From Thermodesulfobacteriota bacterium (GTDB lineage Bacteria > Desulfobacterota > Desulfarculia > JACQYL01), in assembly GCA_963675595.2 (NCBI GenBank), contig CAXXLZ010000002.1, forward strand, positions 1,184,001 through 1,248,000: a stretch of 64,000 nucleotides of DNA, read 5' to 3'. Under the pieces are notes generated by a model. It made no database searches and had not been told where the DNA came from. It saw nothing but the letters and a program-made list of their open reading frames with translations. The position numbers and the translations under genes were made by a program. This document shows, piece by piece, positions 20,813 through 31,571 of the stretch. Positions within the stretch are counted from its first letter, which is position 1. Each line of letters starts with the position of its first letter.

Positions 20813-22197
20813 CATAAGCGCTAACTTAAGCATTGTTTGCTATGCTTCTTTCCGTCTGAGGAATCAGCCGCTGAAGTGCTCGTTTCCTTGGCGGTTCTCG
20901 CAAATAAAAAGATATGTTATCCCAGCCGGCAATGCATTCGGCCAAGCCGAGTTTAGGGTTCACGGCTTGTTTCAGCAGGTGTAACATAAACATGGTCTCT
21001 CTCCAGAAGCATCGATTTCTACGGTGGTTCTTTTTGGAGTGGGTATCCCCAGGGAAAAAAAGATTCGCCTGCGGCGATCATGGCCTCCACTAAGAAAGCC
21101 ACCAGTAGTTTCCCATGGATCCAGGCCTTGGCTCCTTCGATGTCGGTCTTTCTAAGATGGCCTAAACCGAGAATGGACTTTAGACGCTTGAAAGCGAGTT
21201 CAATTTGCCATCGACCTCGGTACATCTCGAGGACCTGAGAGGGCGAGATTTCACGGCCCAATGTTGTGAAAACAAATATGTAGGCCGCCGCTTCGAGGGT
21301 GTCCGGAGTAACTTGGCGACCTTTTTTCCTCGCCTCTTTTTCTATCGCTTTACGAGCTTTTTCAGTGGCGTCTTTGCTCTTCTTGATGGCACAGATTCTA
21401 CCTGCAACCAAGCGTTGTTCAAATGGAACGAATGCATCCCAGTCGCCAAGCTTATTTACACGTAACGTCCTTAGATGAGGGAGTAATTGGAATCGTTCCC
21501 CTTGCTTGTCCACCATGGCGACACGGTGTTTCATTCGAACCAGGACGTCGCCGCCGTTGTCTATGACATGGTGAATTCCTCTTGGTGTGCAATAGGCTCT
21601 ATCCGCTACAAGAAGTTCACCGCCATGGACTTTGAAATTGGTGAAGGATTCTCCGATCTTGGGGTCTGTTACATAGACTTCGTCGCAGCGCAGCGAAGGC
21701 AATTGTATGGAATAATGGACCCTCCAAGTCGTTCCGGTACTTCCAGGTTCTTGAATGGTGGAGGCATCGATCAACCTGATGCGTGAATTCTCTCCAAAAA
21801 CAACGGCGGGCAGCTTTCGAAACCATTTCTCCATGACCCCTAAGGCCATCCACCGAAACCACTCTCCGCATTTATTCAGTCGTTTTAGGAGAGCTACGTC
21901 GGAAATCGACGTAATGTTGCCGAACCTGGCTTTGGCCGCCGTCAGCCGAAGTGAGCAACCTTCCGCCAGATGGATCAGAAGCGTTCGCAACAGACCTTCG
22001 GCGTCCACGAACTTACGGTATCTGACAACGGCACCAAGTTCCCTTGCTTTGGATTGCCAGCCATCGGGAAGAAAACCCTGGAGAACTTCCCAGTCTTCCA
22101 TTTCCTCGGAAAAAACGAGACGCTCCATTGCCACCTCCTTTGGCGGCAACGGTACCATAAACCTCACCAAAACAAAAGGCTTAAGTTAGCGCTTATG
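20813..22197 (-). mobile_element. IS4-family insertion sequence
   Basis: Perfect 19-bp terminal inverted repeats CATAAGCGCTAACTTAAGC; 11-bp target duplication GGGGAACTCCC (20802-20812 and 22198-22208). Confidence 0.95.
21019..22128 (-). CDS. IS4-family DDE transposase
   Basis: LIDAST, VADRAY, YRGRWQIELAFKRLKS (YREK signature); AAGGAGG RBS before ATG 22128. Confidence 0.93.
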   Translation of the reverse strand: MERLVFSEEMEDWEVLQGFLPDGWQSKARELGAVVRYRKFVDAEGLLRTLLIHLAEGCSLRLTAAKARFGNITSISDVALLKRLNKCGEWFRWMALGVMEKWFRKLPAVVFGENSRIRLIDASTIQEPGSTGTTWRVHYSIQLPSLRCDEVYVTDPKIGESFTNFKVHGGELLVADRAYCTPRGIHHVIDNGGDVLVRMKHRVAMVDKQGERFQLLPHLRTLRVNKLGDWDAFVPFEQRLVAGRICAIKKSKDATEKARKAIEKEARKKGRQVTPDTLEAAAYIFVFTTLGREISPSQVLEMYRGRWQIELAFKRLKSILGLGHLRKTDIEGAKAWIHGKLLVAFLVEAMIAAGESFFPWGYPLQKEPP

Positions 22198-24370
22198 GGG
22201 GAACTCCCCCGTAAGGTGATCAGCGATCTTGAATCCTGGTTGTCCGAAAATCCGGACAAAGTGTGGGAAAACAGTTGGGTGCGGTTTCGCCCGCACGCCT
22301 TGTCCCCTCTGGCCTCGAGGGTGCTGGATGAAGACCTTCGATGCGACAAAAGAGATCCTGATTCCGGCCTGCGCGGCGACGTGGGACGGTTTCATCTTTT
22401 CAGCAACGGAGAGGCACACCTGCGCGTACCGGTGAGCTATCTGCTTAAGCTGGCTCTGGCGGATGTAGCGGGGGTCCAGGCAGACGGACCTCCTTTGATC
22501 GGAAGCATCGCAACGCGGCTGATGGGTCATTTTCAGAGTGATAACACTTCCCCGGAGACCTTCTCGTTTTACGTGACCCCTTCGAGTACCGGTCAAGGGA
22601 TGGGAGAGGGCGTGGCTGCGGAGACGGCGCTGAGATTTCTGCTGACCCAGCTCCTGGTCCAATACGCAGGGAGAAGATTCGGCCTCCTTGAATCGGGACA
22701 GCGTGTTCTGGTGTACTTCTCCCCTCATCCGCCCGTCCGTCAAAAGGCCCTGAACGACATCATCACCGATTCCTTTTATAGGGAACTGTTCATGAACCCG
22801 TGCCTTTCAGGATGGGACCGGGGCGAGGACAAGCACAGGTACATGCATTTATGTCACCAGGTCCTCTCACGGGCCCAATTGAACGCCCTGGGCAGATTGA
22901 AGGAAGCGGGGATCATCAACAGCAACCTGGTGGTATTGCCCAGCTCCTCCAACAGCAGTCTATTGAACAACGGCGTCCACATCAGCTTGGGAAGCCGCAT
23001 GCTTACGCACGCCTTGTCCGACGCCTTCTCCGGCTTCCTGCCCGCGCATGAAAAGTATTTCGGCGACCTGGTCATCAAGTTTATGGAACATTTCCTGCCC
23101 CTTTTTGTGGGCACCTACAGCGCAGCGCCCTACCGCCTTGATTTTGGGGACTTCCATCCGGAGCGGGTCCTTTCCTTCCTGCCCTATCAGTTGGACTACA
23201 CCCATCTGCGCATGATCTGGCGCCGCTGGAAGAAAAAGGCGCACATCCAGGTTCGTCCCTTCGGTTTTAGGCTCACCCCTTTCGGTCCCCCCTTGGTGGA
23301 CGGCATGCTGAGCCGTTTTCTGCGTCTCAAAGGAGATTTTGTACCGGATTTCAGACTGCTGGACTATCTGGTGGGTGTCATGAGCACGGATCGCTCCCCC
23401 GCCTTGGACGGCCGGCTCGGTAATGAAGAACGGCTGAAGCGCGACTTGGTGGAGCTTGGGGTATTCGACTCTCAGATGCCCGTCTATCTTCTTTATCGGC
23501 TCCGTGAATTCCTCCGTAGAGGGTTTTCGGGCTTCGAGGGGCGCATATACAGCCAGTTCGCCGGATTCAACAGGGATCTGGCCCCAGCCGTGGACCTGCA
23601 GAATCTGTTGACCTGTTTGGCTTTTCAACTCATCGCAAACGGACGCCTCGTCCATCACCACATACCGGACAACCCGGAAGTCGAAAGCGAGAGAAGGCAG
23701 GTCTTTTTCGCCGCAGCCATTGGTCTGCCTACGTTCTACGTAAGAAAGAACACGGAGAACCTGATGCTGCGCAGTCTGTTGAAAAAGGTTCCCGAAGTGC
23801 GTCACAGCAGAAGATACCCGGGCTTTCTCAGGGTCAAACTGGAGGCGTACCGCAGGACGCTGGTGCAATGGGTGATGGAGGAGGGTGCGAACTTGATCGA
23901 ATCCTCGGGATTGAAAGAAACCATGGAGGATATTCAACTGCGATTGGAGCAGCCCGACAGCCGGTCGGCCGGCGGACGGCTCACCAAAGGTTCCATGGGC
24001 ACGTCCAAAACGCCTGATCCCATGGACATGAAGGCGGCGGAATTTAACCGTGCCACGGAAGCGTATTACCGGCAGAGCCTTCGGCTGCGGCATACGGAGG
24101 AGGCCCTGAGCGTCCTCGAACAATCCTTGGGCTGCGCGGTAACCCATGCTGGATTCAGGGATTCAGGGTTGCGGGAGACGCTGAACCGAGTTCTCGATGG
24201 AACAGCCTGCCTGGATTTCGTCCGATCGGTGACCAAGGACGTGGTCTCCGAGACCGCGTCCGAGGAAAACCTGATCCGATTGATCGACCTGGTGCTCATC
24301 GTCATCCATCAGGCAGGGATTCAGTCGTCCCGAGACGTAACCTCCGCACCGCATAGAGGAGAAGAGACGT

Positions 24371-25411
24371 ATGCGGACGCCCGCGCATCAGTATATTGAT
24401 GGACGTACCGGTAGAATCCGTTCCGAGCGTCCCATGGGGGACAGGTTCGTAAACTTCCTTTATTCGGAAGTCCGTGAAAGTGCGCCCTTGGTTTTCAGGG
24501 CCCTCACCAGCTCCAGGAGCTCGAGTATCCTGGGGTATCTGAACTTCGAACCCTTTCTATCGCTCCACCTCCGATCCGCCGGGAAATTGATGCATCACTG
24601 GGGCGTGGATCCCAGCCAGTGCCTGGAAGAACCGGACCGCCTCGACACCCCCTACAAACTGTTCACTCGAAAGATCCGGTACTGGGAATGCCGCCCCATG
24701 AACAAGGATCGCCGTGGGGTGGTTTCGCCCGCGGATTCACGGGTCCTGATCGGATCCCTCGAGAAGACGTCCGCTCTGTATGTGAAAGGGAAGTTCTTTC
24801 ACTATCCCGAACTTCTGGGAAACGACAAGGTCCGGTGGCTGCAAGCCTTCGCAGGGGGCGATTTTGCCATTTTTCGGCTCACACCGGACAAGTATCATTA
24901 TAACCATACCCCGGTGGCCGGCCGGGTGGAGGATATTTACGAACTCGACGGAGATCATCACTCGTGCAACCCCGGAAGCGTGGTCCGGATGGTCACTCCT
25001 TATTCCAAGAACAGACGGGTAATCACCATATTCGATACGGAGCCGGCCGGTGCAAGCGGAGTGGGCCTGGTGGCCATGATTGAAGTGGTGGCGTTGATGG
25101 TGGGCAAGATCCGGCAGTGCTACAGCCGCCACAAATATGAAGACCCGGCGCCCGTAAAGCCGGGCATGTTCCTCGAGAAGGGGCGCCCGAAAAGCCTTTT
25201 CCTGCCTGGAAGCAGCACCGTGATGCTCCTGTTTCAACGCCGGCGGATCCAATGGGACGAGGAACTGCTCCGTAATCGATCGTTACCGGGCGTATCGAGC
25301 AGGTTCAGCTCTCTGTTTCGAGAACCCATGGTGGAAACCGATCTCGATGTCCGTTCGCAAATAGGGCGAGCGGCTGATGAAGTACGGAGTCATACGGGGA
25401 ACAACTTTTGA
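24371..25411 (+). CDS. psd: phosphatidylserine decarboxylase family protein
   Basis: FTRKIR, VVSPADSR, FRLTPDKYHYNHTPV, self-cleavage motif PGSSTV. Confidence 0.88.
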   Translation: MRTPAHQYIDGRTGRIRSERPMGDRFVNFLYSEVRESAPLVFRALTSSRSSSILGYLNFEPFLSLHLRSAGKLMHHWGVDPSQCLEEPDRLDTPYKLFTRKIRYWECRPMNKDRRGVVSPADSRVLIGSLEKTSALYVKGKFFHYPELLGNDKVRWLQAFAGGDFAIFRLTPDKYHYNHTPVAGRVEDIYELDGDHHSCNPGSVVRMVTPYSKNRRVITIFDTEPAGASGVGLVAMIEVVALMVGKIRQCYSRHKYEDPAPVKPGMFLEKGRPKSLFLPGSSTVMLLFQRRRIQWDEELLRNRSLPGVSSRFSSLFREPMVETDLDVRSQIGRAADEVRSHTGNNF

Positions 25412-25629
25412 AAAATTTCCCCCGTACCCCTTTTCAAAACTTTTCGCGCATGCGCAGCCCTTTGGGAGGCGCTTAGAGGAGAAGCTCGCGTGGGGGAGGT
25501 CTCTTGACCAGACTCCAAAGACTGTATAGTGGTTTTCAGGCCTTTCTCGGGCTGAGGTGCGCTGCGAAAGGTTCGAGTGCGGCGCCGTTAGCGGACTTGA
25601 AAGCTCTTCCTCCTCGCGAACCGATTTGA

Positions 25630-27460
25630 CTGATCTTTGACAGTTCAAAAAAACTAATGCATTAATTTCAGCTGCTTATACGAAAAAGAAAGGTTTATGG
25701 CACTACGTTTTGGTGCTCCTGGAGAGTCTGCAAAGTGGGCGGCGGTTTGAGGCCGACGGCTTGGAAGATGTGGTAGGCGCGGCCCTGGAATTCCGTTCTG
25801 AGGAGGTAGGACTTCTCCGTGACCTGTAGATGGATGGCTTTGAAGGCTTCGAGGTCCAGGAGAACTTGGTCCCAGGGGATGTCGATTTCTTTGGTCTTGA
25901 GCTGTTTCTGCAGCGCGATCTTCAGGTATAGGGCCAGGAAATTGCAGAAGATGTGACCTTGAACGCGTTGACACCGTTGGTGGAACACGGGCCTGACTTC
26001 CAGGGCCGATTTGAGGTCCCGGAAGGCTCTTTCCACCTGCCACAGGCGTTTGTAGGTGACCGCGACTTCATCGGCGGGAATGTCGGTACTGGTGAGGAGA
26101 ACATACTTGCCGTCGAAGCGGGCGTCGTCCTTGACCTTGGCGGGATCGATGCGCACGGTTTCCCGGTCGAGCTTGATGAATTTCCTGAAGCCCTTGTTTC
26201 CCACCAGAGACTGGGGCCCCTGTTTTTTCAGGGTGGTTTTCAGTTTTTCCACAAGGGCCGATCGGGTGGCCTCGTCTTTGGCCGCTTGGTCTTGGTTGTA
26301 ACAGAGGACGTAACGGCATCCGTTCAGATGAATCTCCTTGAACCACAAGGTGGGAGTGAGCGCTTGGTAGTAGCCCGGAGTGTCCACCACTTGGCCTCGG
26401 ACATCCTGGTAACGGCGCATGGGGATGCCCACGATGTAGTCGATACCGGCACGCTCCAGTTCCACCAGATTGTCGACGCCGACCATGCCGCGGTCCGAGA
26501 CCAGGACCACGTTGTTCAGGGAGAACCGACGCTTGACCAGGGCGATGATGCGTTTGATGGTGGTGACGTCCGCCGTGTTCCCTTCCCAGAACTGACAGGA
26601 AAGGGGATATCCTTTTCGGGACATGACCACACCCACCAACACCTGTTTGCGGTCTGGACGATGGTCCTTGGAGAACCCGTACCGAGCCAACTCGGCAGGC
26701 CCCCGGCCCTCGAAGTAGACCGAGGTGGTGTCGAAGAAAACGAGATCCACCCCGTAATCGAAGAGGTCGCGCCCCCGACGGAAAAGTTCCTTCTCGATTT
26801 CGGGCTGATATTCGGCCAGGAAATCCATGGATCGATAGAGGTGCTGAAGTTCCAGGTCGTCGAAGCCTTCACCGTGGACGTTCTGAATCCAACGGCTCGC
26901 GGCGAGATCGGATCCCGGACGGACCAAGCGTTGGCAGACACAGGCAAAGACCGCGCGCTCCAGATCGAAGCGATAATCGGAGCGAGAAGCGAGAGATCGG
27001 AGTACCACATCGAGCCCCAAGGTCTTCCAGAGTTTCTCGATCACCAGAACGGTTCCCCAGGACTTGGCCCAGTCTGCCTTGACACTACCTTCCTTATAAA
27101 GATTGATGACTTGATTCCGGGTGGAGAACTTGGCGAGACTGGTAAGAACCCCGTCCAAGGCACCCGATTCACGGAGCTTGTCGAGACGACCCAGTGTACA
27201 TATAACTTTCTGTTTTACCTTCTTATCCTGGCGATAGTTCTCCACGATCTGAAGATATTCATGCTCGGATCCGCCGCTTTTGACCTTTTTGACGCGTGCA
27301 AACATGAAACAAATTGTACGGAATACAGGTCGGCGGAGTCAAGGAAAAAATCGGACATATTGGCACTACGTTTGGAGCCTCGGAAAAAGGCCAGCCTAAT
27401 CATTTCGGTAAGTTAGGCGGGAGAGGCCCACTTTTTCACCCTCCAACTGTCAAAGATGAG
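25630..27460 (-). mobile_element. IS1634-family insertion sequence
   Basis: Imperfect terminal inverted repeats CTGATCTTTGACAGTTC / CAACTGTCAAAGATGAG; internal repeat TGGCACTACGTTT near both ends; flanks TTTGA and TCTGA are not an exact duplication. Confidence 0.85.
25695..27305 (-). CDS. IS1634-family transposase
   Basis: YLQIVENYR, FFDTTSVYFEG, GFSKDHRPD, SDRGM, YKRLWQVERAFRDLKS. Confidence 0.93.
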   Translation of the reverse strand: MFARVKKVKSGGSEHEYLQIVENYRQDKKVKQKVICTLGRLDKLRESGALDGVLTSLAKFSTRNQVINLYKEGSVKADWAKSWGTVLVIEKLWKTLGLDVVLRSLASRSDYRFDLERAVFACVCQRLVRPGSDLAASRWIQNVHGEGFDDLELQHLYRSMDFLAEYQPEIEKELFRRGRDLFDYGVDLVFFDTTSVYFEGRGPAELARYGFSKDHRPDRKQVLVGVVMSRKGYPLSCQFWEGNTADVTTIKRIIALVKRRFSLNNVVLVSDRGMVGVDNLVELERAGIDYIVGIPMRRYQDVRGQVVDTPGYYQALTPTLWFKEIHLNGCRYVLCYNQDQAAKDEATRSALVEKLKTTLKKQGPQSLVGNKGFRKFIKLDRETVRIDPAKVKDDARFDGKYVLLTSTDIPADEVAVTYKRLWQVERAFRDLKSALEVRPVFHQRCQRVQGHIFCNFLALYLKIALQKQLKTKEIDIPWDQVLLDLEAFKAIHLQVTEKSYLLRTEFQGRAYHIFQAVGLKPPPTLQTLQEHQNVVP

Positions 27461-27636
27461 TCTGATGTATGGATCGCCAGCCAAATCATATCGCCGGATT
27501 CCTCACCGTGCCAGGTTCCGGTGAGACCTCCACATACGGGTGGTGGAACGGGTTTCTTCGCCAACGCAGTACCACATATTAACGTGATCATCATTACTGA
27601 CGACAATAAAATGGTCAAACGTAGCGCTTTTTTCAT
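27461..27636 (-). pseudogene. 5' fragment of an exported-protein gene truncated by IS1634
   Basis: AAGGAG RBS, signal peptide MKKALRLTILLSSVMMITLICGTALA; the frame runs into the IS end after IHTSD. Confidence 0.65.
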
Positions 27637-28194
27637 TGTTTTTGTCTCCTTTAGCTTACTCTACCATTCTATTTTATGAACATCGTACGCGAAATAAAGA
27701 ACATACTTAGCATATCAAACAGTATTCGTGACTACGCTTTTCACTTGCTATAAAAGGGTAATTTAGGCATAATTCCTATATTGTACAAATCACATGGATT
27801 TACGATCCTAACATGCTGCATCATATTGTTACGAAATACATTCGTTATCCGTCAATAGTCCGCCCTTCATATACGCAGCAACCAAATTTGCCGCAAAATA
27901 ACCCGAAAGGTTCAATTCGATCCGCCGTCATTAACTATTCGTAGGAGATGGTGTTCGGCAGAACGTTCGGACCCCTCCCAGAATCGCCAATGCAATATTA
28001 TAAATGTACGGAAGGCTCGCCCCGTAAGCTTTCGGTTATAGCTTCTTCACTATGGAGTTTAGCAGGGAGCGGCAATTCTGTATGTACCGGGATCTACTTA
28101 CATGCTTGAGCGATAGAATCCCTACGCGCCTGCAAGGGAATTCCCCCGCATGGAAGCAGTGGGAAAAATCAGGGCATACGGGTTCCGCATTGCG

Positions 28195-28385
28195 AAGACC
28201 TGTACTGAGTGCCATCGGACGGATGTTGTTGAATTCGTGGCTGGGGTTGGCGACGCAATAGGATCCTGTGGAATTGGATGAATACGTCGTCGCGCCCAAG
28301 CACCTGCACGGTGTTTAATCGCCACGCGCCGTAGAGGCGGTTCGCGAACCTCCCCTACGGGAAAGGTCCGGAAACCGGTGGGTAA
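28195..28385 (+). pseudogene. degraded REP-associated tyrosine transposase (RAYT) fragment with an embedded REP
   Basis: VLSAIGRMLLNSWLGLATQ*DPVELDEYVVAPKHLHGV resembles RAYT 'ELDEFVVMPNHLHGI'; REP CGTAGAGGCGGTTCGCGAACCTCCCCTACG at 28330-28359. Confidence 0.7.
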
Positions 28386-28893
28386 AGCGTCCCGTGAATT
28401 CCCGTGTGGGGACGCCGGTCCACCGAATGGATCATCATGCGATTGTCCAAAGCCGGAGCAAGGATTGCCCGCCATGCCGGGTTTCGGCAAGTGCGTGGAG
28501 GCTCTCGTTTTCCTCGGCGACACCACTACCCGTCGGTATTCGGTCGGCGGCATTGAGAATGCATGATTTCAGAAGAGGGTTGCAGGATTCCGATAGGAGA
28601 GGTATTTCTATAAATATGCGGGAAAAGGGTTGCAAACGGATTTGGAGAGCGCATTCTCGGTTTCTTGTCCGGCTTTCCACCCTTTTCGCCCTTTAGAACC
28701 ATCCGAAGGACCTCGAAGACAGGGGAAAGGCGTGCGGAACCTCTGTTTGAGAGAGTAGCTCTACATAGGGCAGGCCGCGGAAGAACGGAGCGAACCGGAA
28801 GGCCATAATGAAGGCAACCTGCCTCCGCTTCCGTGAGTACCGCGCCGAAGGCCTGCCGTTCACAGACACCGATCCGATAAGAGGAGTCCCAAG

Positions 28894-29673
28894 ATGAGCT
28901 ATGAGGCCGTAATTGTTAAGAAAGACGAAATGCACGTTGGTGAAATCACCCTGAATCGTCCGGAAAACCTGAATACGTTCAGCAGCAAGATGGCCCAGGA
29001 GCTTGGTGAAGCGCTATTGGAGTTGGAAGCGGACAAGAACATTCGGGTGATTCTGATCAAGGGAGCGGGAAAAGCTTTCTGCGCGGGCATTGATGTAAAT
29101 GAGCTGGCCGGCAAGACACCGATGGAATATCGGGAATGGATCGAAAGAATGGAAAAACCGTTGGTAACCATATCAACAATGAAAAAGCCGGTGATTGCTC
29201 AACTGCATGGCGTTGCCGCCGCCAACGGGATGGGACTTATCGCCGCCGCGGATCTGGTTGTGGCCGCGGAGGATGCTCGTATGGGTCTTACGGCGATCAA
29301 CGTGGGCCTGAATTGTGTGGGTCCCGTGATCCCCGTTTCCAAGTGTGTCGGGCGGAAGAAAGCCCTGGAATTGCTGCTTTACGGTAATCTCATCGGCGCC
29401 GGGGAGGCACTCCATCTGGGGCTCGTCAACAAGATCGTTCCCAAGGATGAACTCGAAGCCGAAGCGCGCCGTTATGCCGAAGAATTAGCCCAAAAAAGCC
29501 CCATCGCCGTTCAGATTGCCAAGAGCGCATTCTACAAGTCCGAAGATATGGCCTACGAGGAGCAGTTCGCCTTCATGAACGAAGCTTTTGCCCGTTTGTG
29601 CACAACGGATGATGCAAAGGAGGGCGTGGCCGCCTTCTTCGAAAAGAGAAAACCTGTTTGGAAAGAAAAATAG
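28894..29673 (+). CDS. enoyl-CoA hydratase/isomerase (crotonase) family protein
   Basis: ITLNRPE, KAFCAGID, KPVIAQLHG, DAKEGVAAFFEKRKP; the usual catalytic Glu positions are not obviously conserved. Confidence 0.9.
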   Translation: MSYEAVIVKKDEMHVGEITLNRPENLNTFSSKMAQELGEALLELEADKNIRVILIKGAGKAFCAGIDVNELAGKTPMEYREWIERMEKPLVTISTMKKPVIAQLHGVAAANGMGLIAAADLVVAAEDARMGLTAINVGLNCVGPVIPVSKCVGRKKALELLLYGNLIGAGEALHLGLVNKIVPKDELEAEARRYAEELAQKSPIAVQIAKSAFYKSEDMAYEEQFAFMNEAFARLCTTDDAKEGVAAFFEKRKPVWKEK

Positions 29674-29969
29674 AATCACAAACAGGGGGCGATTCGCGAT
29701 TTTCCTGATGAAGATCATCAGTCCACCGACCGTGTGAGGCCCCCGGGTTGATCCGCCGGACAGAATGGTTCGCGGGGAACCGGTCCGCCTGCGCCATGTC
29801 CGACCATGCGGCTCCGGCTGTCATGATCTCGAAGACAGGGTCGCGAGGCCCGAAGGCATGGTTCCCGGAAGCCCACATCAGGCGGAGTACAAAGAGGTCC
29901 GGAGCGTGTCCTCTCTTCCATGAGAGGACACGCTCCGGCCGCGAATGGTAGCGGACGGCAAATCAGCTC

Positions 29970-30839
29970 TCAGGGCCGACGTCTTCTCCTGAGCCCCGCG
30001 AGCCCCAACAAACCCGAACCCAGGAGCCACACCGCGCCTGGAATGGGGACCGGGGCCACGTCGGCGAAGGCGTCCAGCTCACCTCCGGCAAAACCGCTGA
30101 TGCCTTCCACCTTGACATATTGAATCCAGTCGTAGCCCGATTCGGCAAGATCGAACCCGGTACCGCCGCCGGAACCGTTATAGAGGGCGATGGCATCGGC
30201 GGCGGACAGGCCGCCTGCAAGAAGCGTCGCGGCCAAGGAAGGATCCACCGGTTTGGTGAAGTCCGACTCCGTGTCCGTCCATTGGCCGTTTTCGCTGTCC
30301 CACAGATAGGCCTGCGTGGGAAAGGCGGTGTCGCAGTACGGACCGTTGTCATAGGTGTACCAGTTCTCCCCGTCCTGGCTCACCGACACGACGATCGGCT
30401 CGAACCAGGCGCCTCCCACGAGCATGTAGCTCTCCATGTCGCTGAGGTCGCTTACGAAACCGCTCCCCACATAGAAGCCGTTGCCGAAGACCAGCAGATC
30501 GACCCCATACGGGTTCAACGGATCGTCCTCGACCTGATGATCGAACGCCACCGTGACATACTGGCCGGTGTTGAGGGTGGTGATCAGCGTTTCGTCGTTC
30601 AACCCCACATTCCAGGCGGGTTCGACCAGCTTGACCCTCCCCGTCGCGGGCTCGAACCCTGTGTTCTTAAAGTTGGTCGCCGGTTTGCCCAGCACCGCAT
30701 AGGGATCGTTGTACTGGGTCGTTGCCGTCAGGCTGCTGCTGTAGTCCACCAGTTCCGTCGCATACTCGGAATAGCCGAAGGCCGGGGCGGCAAGCATCAA
30801 ATGGGCCATGCAAACAAGAAATATCTTTTTCGCTCTCAC
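29970..30839 (-). CDS. VPxP-CTERM (PEP-CTERM-like) surface protein, BtuH-like domain
   Basis: Signal peptide; C-terminal VPIPGAVWLLGSGLLGLAGLRRRRR; core GQYVTVAFDH..DLLVFGNGF..EP.VVSVSQDGENWY; paralog of 31572-32438. Confidence 0.85.
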   Translation of the reverse strand: MRAKKIFLVCMAHLMLAAPAFGYSEYATELVDYSSSLTATTQYNDPYAVLGKPATNFKNTGFEPATGRVKLVEPAWNVGLNDETLITTLNTGQYVTVAFDHQVEDDPLNPYGVDLLVFGNGFYVGSGFVSDLSDMESYMLVGGAWFEPIVVSVSQDGENWYTYDNGPYCDTAFPTQAYLWDSENGQWTDTESDFTKPVDPSLAATLLAGGLSAADAIALYNGSGGGTGFDLAESGYDWIQYVKVEGISGFAGGELDAFADVAPVPIPGAVWLLGSGLLGLAGLRRRRRP

Positions 30840-30896
30840 TGATTGGCTCTCCTCTTCGTTGCGGCATCGGAAATGATAACCGGGTCTCCTTCCACT

Positions 30897-31526
30897 CTAG
30901 CGAAGGGCTTTTCTGCGCCACCCCGCGAGCCCCAACAGACCCGAACCCAGGAGCCACACAGCTCCGGGGATCGGCACGGGCGCGGACGTGAACGGGATAT
31001 CCAACTGGTCATCCGCGTAATCCGGCAATGAAGCGAACCACATGATGGCATTGAGGCCTTCGTACTGACCGTCCGCGAGAAGCTCCTCGGTGATTCCGGC
31101 GGTGTTGAAATCCCACTCGCTGTCTCTCCAGGTCCCCCAACGGGCGTAGGGATCGCTGGTGCTCGCCAGGTTCCAACTGCCCTCCTCGACATGTAGGTGG
31201 ACCTCTTCTCCGTCGTCGTATCCGATGTTATAGACGAAGGCTCCTCCGTACCCGGTTGTCACCGTCAAAATGCCCGCATCGTTAAAAGCGGCGAGCATAT
31301 CCGATTCGTACTGATCTCCGTCCCAACGGTACCCGAAGGCATGTGACTCGGTAATGGTCGCTTCACCGTTGTCCAATCGGTTCCAGTCCACCACCAAAAT
31401 CGACTCGTTGGACCCGGAACCCGCCCAAGCGTCCACCTCCACCCAAGTTCCTTCGAAATTGTAAGGCGTTGCCTGAGCCGCCGTTGCGATCATGAGCAGA
31501 CAAATCATAACCAATAGCTTCCGCAC
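30897..31526 (-). CDS. VPxP-CTERM surface protein, DUF4430/transcobalamin-C-like domain
   Basis: GTG start with AAGGAG RBS; WAGSGSNESILVVDW..AFGYRWDG; CTERM tail; paralog of 33125-33856. Confidence 0.82.
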   Translation of the reverse strand: MRKLLVMICLLMIATAAQATPYNFEGTWVEVDAWAGSGSNESILVVDWNRLDNGEATITESHAFGYRWDGDQYESDMLAAFNDAGILTVTTGYGGAFVYNIGYDDGEEVHLHVEEGSWNLASTSDPYARWGTWRDSEWDFNTAGITEELLADGQYEGLNAIMWFASLPDYADDQLDIPFTSAPVPIPGAVWLLGSGLLGLAGWRRKALR

Positions 31527-31571
31527 GGCTTTTTCTCCTTTCATCTCCGGTCGTTTCACTTGCCGACGCGA

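Larger units (their letters stand above)
20547..24399 (+). pseudogene. large hypothetical gene (818 aa when rejoined; possible glutamate-cysteine-ligase-like carboxylate-amine ligase) interrupted by IS4
   Basis: Removing the IS and one target-duplication copy restores the frame HRGELP|RKVISDL; motifs GIENEMQ, NNGVHISLG, GFEGRIYS; overlaps the psd start. Confidence 0.85.

Noticed and set aside
21970-22208. N-terminus of the 809-aa ORF in the track
   Set aside because: It is IS4 sequence read in frame; the true 5' part of the gene is 20547-20812.
25953-27416. 487-aa plus-strand ORF
   Set aside because: Antisense to the IS1634 transposase; GC-rich codon artefact.
17124-28900. Intact integrative element at tRNA-Arg
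   Set aside because: No integrase and no att duplication noticed; only scattered IS elements and remnants.
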